Source: Candidatus Latescibacterota bacterium
GTDB lineage: Bacteria; Latescibacterota; UBA2968; UBA8231
NCBI GenBank assembly: GCA_965205655.1
Contig: CBDBIJ010000117.1
Location: forward strand, 1-14,537
Length of the DNA stretch: 14,537 nucleotides
Direction of reading: 5' to 3'
Part shown: piece by piece, positions 1 to 6,586 of the stretch
How the letters are laid out: every line of letters begins with the position of its first letter
Position numbering within the stretch: position 1 is the first letter of the stretch
Notes under the pieces: generated by a model
Database searches by the model: none
What the model was told of the DNA's origin: nothing
Seen by the model: only the letters and a program-made list of their open reading frames with translations
Made by a program: the position numbers and the translations under genes

Positions 1-138
1 TCGAACGGGCGGCCCGGATCTACAAAACCAGTTCAGATGCCGGCCGCGCTCTGGGAGTCGCCCCGGGCAAGCTTCACCCGAATGTGCAGAGTGTTTGGGA
101 TCGAAACCCCAGTCGCGAGAAAGCGACGTCTTCGATAA
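1..138 (+). CDS. Small Fis-like helix-turn-helix protein, 5'-partial, one apparent +1 frameshift (AA at 69-70)
   Basis: Not in the ORF track. Frame from nt 3 reads ERAARIYKTSSDAGRALGVAPG. Skipping one A gives SFTRMCRVFGIETPVARKRRLR-TAA (136-138). The A-x-R-A-L-G-V...F-x-R...GI pattern is an HTH with a basic tail. Confidence 0.7.
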   Translation, partial: SNGRPGSTKPVQMPAALWESPRASFTRMCRVFGIETPVARKRRLR

Positions 139-193
139 CAGTCCGAAGCGGAAACGTCAGATAGCTGACTACTCCCCAAACGACGCCTTGATC

Positions 194-424
194 CGCAATC
201 TGGGCCAGCCACTGACCGAATTTTGATGGATTTCTGAGGTCGGAGAGCTCTTCGAATGCCGTGGAGAACACCTCCTGGCTGAGGTCTTCCACTTCGCCCT
301 GCCGCCGCACGACCTCCAGGACGACACCGTGCACGAGGGCGGCGTAGCGCTCGACGAGAACTCCGAAAGCGTGAGACTCCCCCTCGAGCGTTCGCCGAAC
401 GAGAGCCTGGTCCTTTTCTGCCAT
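194..424 (-). pseudogene. Truncated ECF sigma-70 factor (region 2 only)
   Basis: DQALVRRTLEGESHAFGVLVERY...VEDLSQEVF...LRNPSKFGQWLAQIA is a typical ECF region 1.2/2. Similarity stops near nt 194. The ORF tail to nt 74 overlaps the convergent HTH gene and has no region 4. Confidence 0.75.
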
Positions 425-523
425 GTCGTATTCCGAATTACAGGGAGACAGAGCCGTCTCCTATTTAGGCGGGATACTAAGCAGATGTACTACAATGAAT
501 CTACGCGAAACTGAATGGAATCT

Positions 524-757
524 TCACTTATTGATCTCCCACTCATCCTCCGATCCGACATGAACGATGTCAGCGTGGATGGTCATACGGCCACGCAGCT
601 TCCCCAGCTCCCTCTTCCGGGGCACCTCCCTGTACGGGTTGATCGTCGCAATCGGCCTTTCTCGCAACGTCACGAGCAACGATTCACCCGTACGCTGCAC
701 CGTCTTCAGTTCCTCGATGCACCTCGCTTTGAACTCTGTAATCCCCAGTTGCCTCAT
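524..757 (-). CDS. Type II toxin-antitoxin antitoxin, Phd/YefM family (77 aa)
   Basis: C-terminal part of track ORF 524..1084; true start is ATG 757. MRQLGITEFKARCIEELKTVQRTGESLLVTLRERPIATINP matches the Phd/YefM N-terminus. The LGKLRG...IHADIV...EW tail is typical of VapC-paired antitoxins. An AGGAG RBS overlaps the upstream TAG. Confidence 0.85.
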   Translation of the reverse strand: MRQLGITEFKARCIEELKTVQRTGESLLVTLRERPIATINPYREVPRKRELGKLRGRMTIHADIVHVGSEDEWEINK

Positions 758-770
758 TGGACCTTCACTC

Positions 771-1481
771 CTAATTCCTCCCAATCTCCGTCCAGACCAT
801 TCGCCGATATCTCGCCGGCGATATCGATTCGAGCTTCTTGAACACTTCATTGAAATGGGGACAGTGCCCGAATCCGCATCTGTCCGCAATCTGATACACG
901 AGAAGATCCGTCGACCTGAGCAGATTCTTGGCCTTCTGGATTCGGTGAAACACGAGGCGCCGGCGATAGGTCGTTCCGATGTGATTTTTGAAAAGCTTGG
1001 ATACGTAACTCGGTGAAATCTTGAACTGCTCGCATACATCATGCATGTGCAGTGGACGTGGGCAGTTCTCCCGTAGAAAAGCATCGACCTTGTCGGCCAG
1101 GTAGTGAGGGCTTCCGTCTTGTGCGGCGAGTAGACTGACCGCCACCTCTCTCAAGGTGCTCGGGTCTATCGGCTTGTCCAGAAATTCGTCTGCTCCGTAT
1201 TTCATCGCCGTTACGATCTGAGATGTGGATGCATTGCTGCTCAAGACAACGAAAGACGTATCGATCCCCTTCTCGCGAATCGTTCGCACGAGCTCGAGGC
1301 CGCGGACTCCGGATAGATCCACGTCGAGGATGGCCAGGTCGAACCTGACCACGGACAGCTGTCGTAGAGCAGCCAACCCGTTCTTGACGGTCTCCAGCCT
1401 CATCTGTGCCCGTTGAAAGAATTCCTTCGCCGCGGACAGGAACTCGGAATCATCATCCGCAAGAAGCAAGCGCGCCATCAT
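771..1481 (-). CDS. Response regulator: REC domain plus AraC-type HTH (YesN-like)
   Basis: Receiver motifs LLADDD, ILDV (phospho-Asp), VLSS and DKP. C-terminal AraC motifs ISPSYVSKLFK...G, AKNLL...VYQIADRCGF...HFNEVFKK...SPARYR. GGAGG RBS upstream; start is 1481 or 1478. Confidence 0.92.
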   Translation of the reverse strand: MMARLLLADDDSEFLSAAKEFFQRAQMRLETVKNGLAALRQLSVVRFDLAILDVDLSGVRGLELVRTIREKGIDTSFVVLSSNASTSQIVTAMKYGADEFLDKPIDPSTLREVAVSLLAAQDGSPHYLADKVDAFLRENCPRPLHMHDVCEQFKISPSYVSKLFKNHIGTTYRRRLVFHRIQKAKNLLRSTDLLVYQIADRCGFGHCPHFNEVFKKLESISPARYRRMVWTEIGRN

Positions 1482-1611
1482 TCGGCCTCCCCGATTTTAG
1501 CTGAATTTACCACTGCCCCCGTACTGCTGGGCCGTGTCTCCCGCCTCAATCAGTAAGACGGGCAAGGCGCTGAACCTACTAGCGTCGAGTTGACGACCAT
1601 ACTCCTCGGTC

Positions 1612-1986
1612 CTACTGCTCACCCGCGCTGAGCGCCTTCCCCACCTCCTCCAACAGCCGCGCCGCAAAGTCCTCGGCTTTCGCCACGAACCCCACCACCC
1701 CGAGCTGCTGCAGCTGCAGCACGGTATCAACCGCGATCTCCGCAGAGATCACCACGATCGGCGTTTGCAGGTTCATCTGCTCTTTGAAAGCCCGGATGGC
1801 ATCCTCGCCTCTGAAATCCGGCAGGTTCAAGTCCATCAGGATCAGATCATAGGCCGACTTCACAACCATGCCGACGCCGTCGCGCGCATTTTGGGCGAGA
1901 GCGACTTCGTGCCCGGCCTTCTGCAACACGACCTGGACCGTCTTCCGGACCAGCTCCGAGTCGTCGACCGCGAGAATGGAAGCCAT
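1612..1986 (-). CDS. Single-domain CheY-like response regulator (124 aa)
   Basis: ILAVDDS, LILMDLNLP (phospho-Asp), VVISA and FVAK motifs. No output domain. Confidence 0.9.
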   Translation of the reverse strand: MASILAVDDSELVRKTVQVVLQKAGHEVALAQNARDGVGMVVKSAYDLILMDLNLPDFRGEDAIRAFKEQMNLQTPIVVISAEIAVDTVLQLQQLGVVGFVAKAEDFAARLLEEVGKALSAGEQ

Positions 1987-2000
1987 TCGGCCTGGGAGGG

Positions 2001-3647
2001 CTAGTAGGAGGGATCGTACATCAGTCCGGCGATATGGTCGGCGAGAGATGGTGGCCGTGACAGCTGGGCGACACCTTCGCGGTAGGCTTCTTCGGCTACT
2101 GCAATCGCTATCGCCAGCGACACCGGCCTGATCTGCGGCAGCGGTGGGTACACCGCCCCCTCATCCAGATCTCTCTCCTGAACCTGGTCCGCCAGTGCCT
2201 GGGCAGCCGCCAGAAACATGCCGTCCGTCACCGTGCTCGCCTCGCAACCCACGACTCCAAGGCCGATGCCGGGAAAGACATAGGCGTTGTTGCCCTGCGC
2301 TGGCCTCCACTGCTTTCCGCCGCCGGCATCGATGGGCGGGAAAGGCGAACCCGTGGCGAACACCGACCTGCCGTCGCTCCACTCGTACGCCTGCTCCGCC
2401 GTGCACTCCGCCCTCGATGTGGGGTTGGACAGCGCGAAGATCACCGGGCGCTTGTTGAAACTGCTCATCAGCCGCACCACCTCTTCCGTAAACGTGCCCG
2501 GATGACCTGTCGCGCCGATCAGCACCTGCGGTTTCAGCTTCTCCAGCGCAGTACAAAAGTCGAGAGCCTCGTGATGATGGGCGTACGGCAGGTTGTGAGG
2601 CTGCAGGTCCGTGCGGCCTTCCACCACCAGCCCCTCCGTGTCCGCAAACCACAGCGAGCCTCGCGCCTCCGCTTCGCTCGCGCCCTGTTGCACGAGCGCC
2701 TGAGTCATCAGGTCGGCGATACCCGTCGCCGCCGAGCCCGCTCCCAGAAACATGATCCGCTGGCCGGCGAAGGCGTCTCCCGTTATCCGGTTGGCCGCAT
2801 ACACCCCGGCCAGCGCAACCGCGGCGGTTCCCTGAATGTCGTCGTTGAAGCACAGCGCCCGGTCCCGGTAGCGATTCAGCAGCTCGTATGCATTCGGCGT
2901 CAGGAAATCCTCGAACTGGATCAGCGCCTTCGGATACGCGTCCTGCACCGCCTGCACGAACTCTTCAACGAGATTGAAGTACTCCTCGCCGCGAATTCTC
3001 GGTGACGGTACGCCCAGATACAGGTTGTCCTCGCGCAGCGCCTCGTTGTCGGTGCCCACGTCGATCTGCACCGGCAGGCAGTGCTTCGGGTGGATGCCGG
3101 CGCAGGCGGTGTAGAGAGCCAGCTTGCCGATGGGAATGCCCATACCGTTGGCGCCGAGGTCGCCGAGCCCGAGAATCCGTTCGCCGTCCGTCACCACGAT
3201 CACCCGCACGTCGAACTCGGGCCAGTTCTCCAGCATCTCGCGGATCCTGCCCCGATCGTCAGGCGTGATGTAGAACCCTCGCGTCTCGCGAAAGATGTTG
3301 GCGAACTGCCGGCACGCCTCACCCACCGTGGGCGTGTAGACGATCGGCATCATGTCCTCGATGTAGTCGATGAGGGTGCGGTAGTACAAGCGCTCGTTGC
3401 GACCCTGAAGCGAGTACAGAAAGATGTATCGCTCTATGTCGTCCGACTTGCGGTTCATGTTCTCCAGCACCCGCTCCAGCTGCATCGACTGGTCGAACAC
3501 CTTCGCGGGCAGCAGACCGCGCAGACCATTCTCCTCGCGCTCTTCCAGCGTGAACGCCACCGACTTGTTTTCAGCGGCGTTGCGCAGGATATCGAATCCC
3601 TTCGACTCGCGCCTGTCTGTCGATCTTCGGTTTTCCCTCTTCGCCAT
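2001..3647 (-). CDS. maeA: NAD(P)-dependent malic enzyme (large, MaeA/SfcA type)
   Basis: Signatures PIVYTPTVGEAC, VVTDGERILGLGDLG, GIPIGKL, IQFEDF, FNDDIQGTA, GAGSAA, IFALSNPT and QGNNAYVFPG. Intact 548-aa ORF. Confidence 0.95.
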   Translation of the reverse strand: MAKRENRRSTDRRESKGFDILRNAAENKSVAFTLEEREENGLRGLLPAKVFDQSMQLERVLENMNRKSDDIERYIFLYSLQGRNERLYYRTLIDYIEDMMPIVYTPTVGEACRQFANIFRETRGFYITPDDRGRIREMLENWPEFDVRVIVVTDGERILGLGDLGANGMGIPIGKLALYTACAGIHPKHCLPVQIDVGTDNEALREDNLYLGVPSPRIRGEEYFNLVEEFVQAVQDAYPKALIQFEDFLTPNAYELLNRYRDRALCFNDDIQGTAAVALAGVYAANRITGDAFAGQRIMFLGAGSAATGIADLMTQALVQQGASEAEARGSLWFADTEGLVVEGRTDLQPHNLPYAHHHEALDFCTALEKLKPQVLIGATGHPGTFTEEVVRLMSSFNKRPVIFALSNPTSRAECTAEQAYEWSDGRSVFATGSPFPPIDAGGGKQWRPAQGNNAYVFPGIGLGVVGCEASTVTDGMFLAAAQALADQVQERDLDEGAVYPPLPQIRPVSLAIAIAVAEEAYREGVAQLSRPPSLADHIAGLMYDPSY

Positions 3648-3757
3648 GGAGCTGAAACCTCTTGTCTCGAAAGTACCGGGGATGTCAGCCTAACTTATCG
3701 CCAGATCTGAACTTACTGGTATTGACGACGTCTGGGCAAGAAGGTATTCGAGAATGC

Positions 3758-3800
3758 CCTCCTCTTCCTCGAGCGTCACCTGAAACGTCGAGGGAGGAGG
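3758..3800. other. Imperfect intergenic stem-loop
   Basis: CCTCCTC-TT-CCTCGA-G-CGT [8-nt loop] ACG-TCGAGG-GAGGAGG gives 16 Watson-Crick pairs with two bulges. No U-tract. Confidence 0.4.
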
Positions 3801-3834
3801 TGAGGGAGGGAGGCTAGGTTGGTGTGGTCTCCCG

Positions 3835-4467
3835 CTAGTTGTCGGGGTCGCTGAATCCGTCGTGATGCGAGCCATCACAGAAAGGCTTGTTCTTCGAATC
3901 ACCGCAGCGGCACAGGGTCACTCTTTGGGAGGATGCCCTCTCCGCCAATTCCGAATCGGCCAGCTCTATGCATTTGACCACCAGCGGTCCGCTCGGTGCC
4001 ACGAACACCGTGGCATCGGTGTCTGCCTCTTGACTGCCGTCTGCCAGCGAAGCACTCAGCGCGCCCGATGGGCACTGGCGCACGACCTCGACGATCTCAT
4101 CGCGCGTGGCACCGGACGCGTCGATCCACGGCTCCTCCCCGTACTTGAACACCGCGGCGAGTTTGTCCGTGCAGATCGCCGCGTGCGCGCAGATGCCGCG
4201 GTTGTCGTGGATGGTGACACCGTCGCCTTCGTAGTCGTCCACCTTGTCTCCGGTGCGCCCCTCCTCCTTCTCCGACGAAAAACCGATTTTCGAGTGCGTT
4301 CCGTCACAGAACGGTCTCGTCTCCGACTTGCCGCAGCGGCACAGCGCGATCGTTGACTTCTCCATCGCGATCGGCCCCTTCACGTTCGACAACCTCTTCA
4401 GATTCTTCACGACATAGGGGCCGTTCGGCATCGGGGTTATTACAGGTGCCTCCTGCTCCGAACTCAT
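3835..4467 (-). CDS. CDGSH iron-sulfur protein: two CDGSH [2Fe-2S] motifs flanking a divergent 4Fe-4S (Fer4_19-like) domain
   Basis: LCRCGKSETRPFCDGTH and LCRCGDSKNKPFCDGSH. Central ICAHAAIC...PWI...CPSGAL. AAGGAGAGG RBS upstream. Confidence 0.92.
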   Translation of the reverse strand: MSSEQEAPVITPMPNGPYVVKNLKRLSNVKGPIAMEKSTIALCRCGKSETRPFCDGTHSKIGFSSEKEEGRTGDKVDDYEGDGVTIHDNRGICAHAAICTDKLAAVFKYGEEPWIDASGATRDEIVEVVRQCPSGALSASLADGSQEADTDATVFVAPSGPLVVKCIELADSELAERASSQRVTLCRCGDSKNKPFCDGSHHDGFSDPDN

Positions 4468-4482
4468 TTTCCTCTCCTTTTC

Positions 4483-4536
4483 GATATTCAGTTAGGTCTG
4501 GATATTCAGTTAGGTCTCGAATTTCAGCTAGGTCTC
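4483..4536. repeat. Three tandem 18-bp direct repeats
   Basis: GATATTCAGTTAGGTCTG (4483-4500), GATATTCAGTTAGGTCTC (4501-4518), GAATTTCAGCTAGGTCTC (4519-4536). No spacers. Confidence 0.95.
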
Positions 4537-4553
4537 ATAGTGGAACTTACGAA

Positions 4554-4788
4554 TTAATAGCCGTCGGTGCGACGGGCCAGCTCCCCGACGAGCGATCTCA
4601 TCATCCGATCGATCTGTCTCCGCACGATATAGGCCAACAGAAAATCGGGCAGCAAGCTCGTGTCGACGTTCGGCATATAGGTTGATAGCGTTTCATAGTC
4701 CGCCAGGAGCTGCCACGCCTGGATTAGCATCCGCCCGTTCGACGACTATGCCGCCTGCGACAATCAGGAGCAGGACGGGAAGCGGCAT
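4554..4788 (-). pseudogene. Internally deleted SRPBCC/polyketide cyclase-dehydrase family remnant
   Basis: Frame 4730..4554 reads MLIQAWQLLADYETLSTYMPNVDTS-LLPDFLLAYIVRRQIDRMMRSLVGELARRTDGY*. This is an SRPBCC-like N-terminal motif joined directly to a C-terminal-helix-like segment. A hydrophobic leader MPLPVLLLIVAGGIVVERA from 4788 joins by a +1 shift. Confidence 0.5.
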
Positions 4789-4877
4789 CAGACGTTGATC
4801 ATCGATTTGTCTGCAATCCCCCGGTCGGTTAGTGTAACCGTCCCAGTCGCCGTAAATACCAGCAAAGGAGACGCGCC

Positions 4878-5477
4878 GTGAGCGAAGAAAACCGTCAGAT
4901 TCGAATTGCCATGATACAAGGCAGCGTCCGAGAGGGCAACTACACGTCGAAGGCTGTTGCCGTCGTAGCCGATGAATTGACGAAGCAGTCGGGAATCGCC
5001 GTCGACGTGATCGATCCCTCCGGCATGCAGCTCCCTCTGCCGGGGACGGGTATCGATTCACCAGAAGCCGAGGGCATCCAAAAGACAGTCTCCGAAGCCG
5101 TCGGCGTCGTGCTGGCTACGCCGGAATACCACGGCTCCTACTCCAGCGTCATGAAGCTCGTCATTGAGAACATGGGCTTCCCTTCAGCGCTGTCGGGCAA
5201 GCCAGTGGCTCTCCTCGGCGTCGCCGCCGGCCAGATCGGTGCCGTCAAAGCCCTCGAGCACCTTCGGAGTGTCTGTTCGCATGTAGGAGGCATCGTGTTG
5301 CCGGGACCGGTGTCGGTGGCAAACGTGCAGGATGTCTTCGACGAGGATGGCAACTGCCTCGACTCGTCGGTGGAAGAAGTCATCCGTGGCCTCGCCACGC
5401 ACCTCACTGACTACATCCACGAAAACATCTGTCCCAGGTTCTGCCTCGAAGAGTTCGTTCGCGAAAAGGCCGCTTAG
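4878..5477 (+). CDS. NADPH-dependent FMN reductase (flavodoxin-like fold)
   Basis: GSVREGNYT phosphate loop, TPEYHGSYSSVMKLVIE and GKPVAL motifs. AAGGAG RBS before the GTG start. Confidence 0.92.
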   Translation: MSEENRQIRIAMIQGSVREGNYTSKAVAVVADELTKQSGIAVDVIDPSGMQLPLPGTGIDSPEAEGIQKTVSEAVGVVLATPEYHGSYSSVMKLVIENMGFPSALSGKPVALLGVAAGQIGAVKALEHLRSVCSHVGGIVLPGPVSVANVQDVFDEDGNCLDSSVEEVIRGLATHLTDYIHENICPRFCLEEFVREKAA

Positions 5478-5519
5478 CTACTCGCACACCCTACTCGTAA
5501 CAAGGGGAGAAACCAACCC

Positions 5520-6570
5520 GTGACTGATCTGCATATTTCGGCCGCTACGCTCGAGAAGTTCACCGCCGAGATCTTCACCGCCGCTGGCATGCCCTCGCAG
5601 GATGCCGAGCTGGAGGCCTTCGTACTCGTCTGGGCCAACGCCCACGGCGTCGACTCACACGGGGTGACGCGAGTCCGAAGCTACTGCGAGAGAATCGACG
5701 CGGGTCTGATGAACCCGCGGCCCGACGTTCAGATCCTCAAAGAAACACCGGCCACCATATTTATCGAGGCTGACCGGGCCTTCGGACCAATCGTCACCAG
5801 GCCGGCCATGGAGAAGTGCATCGCCAAGGCTCGGGAAGTGGGAGTTGCCTGGGGGCTGATACGCAACTGCACCCATCAGGGCGCCATGGCCTACTACTCG
5901 CAGATGGCAGCGCGCCAGGGGCATGGCCGGTATGATCTCCGTCAGCAACCCGCCAAACATGGCTCCACCCGGTGCCCGAGTCGCTGGCGTCCACAACAGC
6001 CCCATCGCTATCGCGGTGCCGGGCAAGGATCGCCCGCCCATCAGTCTGGATATGGCGACCAGCATCGCCGCCGGAGGCAAGTTGGATGTAGCGAGGGACG
6101 CGGGCGTCCCGATACCTGACGATTGGGCGCTGGACAAGGAAGGGCGGCCGACGACGGACCCACACAAAGCGTTGATTCTGCAGCCCGCCGGCGGCTACAA
6201 GGGCAGCGGGCTGGCACTCATGTTCGAGTGTCTGTCGAGCATCATGTCCGGCAACCCCCTCCTCGCCCCCGTCCTGCTCGACACCGGCACTGTCTACTTC
6301 GGTCAGCAGAACAGCTGGATGTGCGTCGTCGACATCGGCAACTTCACCGACCTCGAGACCTACAAGGCCAACGTCGATGAGCTGGCGGACACTATGAACG
6401 GCCTGCCCACCGTCGATGGCGCCGACCCTGTCATGGTGCCGGGCGAAAAGGAGTTGAAAGTATTCGACGAGCGCGCGAAAAACGGCATCCCACTGGCCCC
6501 CGGGACCGTCGACAAACTGAAGTGGGCAGCCGAGCGCCACGATCTGTCGCTACCGCCGGAGCTCGCCTGA
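5520..6570 (+). CDS. Ldh_2-family (type 2 malate/L-lactate/ureidoglycolate-like) NAD(P)-dependent oxidoreductase, +1 frameshift in GGGG 5918-5921
   Basis: HGVDSHG and RNCTHQGAMAYY in frame 1. NSPIAIA, LDMATS, GGYKGSGL and VPGE in frame 2. Removing one G restores ...ARQGMAG... and a 349-aa protein. Confidence 0.9.
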
Positions 6571-6586
6571 GCCGCTGCAGCGAGCG

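Noticed and set aside
444..461. GGAGAC/GTCTCC hairpin upstream of the sigma fragment
   Set aside because: A 6-bp stem is expected by chance, and no function can be supported.
524..1084. 186-aa ORF as one protein
   Set aside because: The N-terminal part overlaps the REC-AraC gene out of frame. Only the last 77 aa, with their own RBS, look like a real protein.
3690..3790. Protein-like fragment FQVTLEEEEGILEYLLAQ on the - strand
   Set aside because: No credible start and no family I can identify. It overlaps the hairpin, which could explain the Glu run.
3688..4515. Integron attC sites (GCCTAAC at 3688-3694; GTTAGGT within the 18-bp repeats)
   Set aside because: The 7-mers fit the core consensus, but there is no properly spaced inverse-core/core pair with an attC-like palindrome and no integrase.
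4483..4536. CRISPR array
   Set aside because: The units are 18 bp and directly adjacent, with no spacers and no cas genes.
6571..6586. Bidirectional terminator between the convergent genes
   Set aside because: Only a loopless 10-bp palindrome (CGCTGCAGCG) in a 16-bp gap, with no U-tracts.
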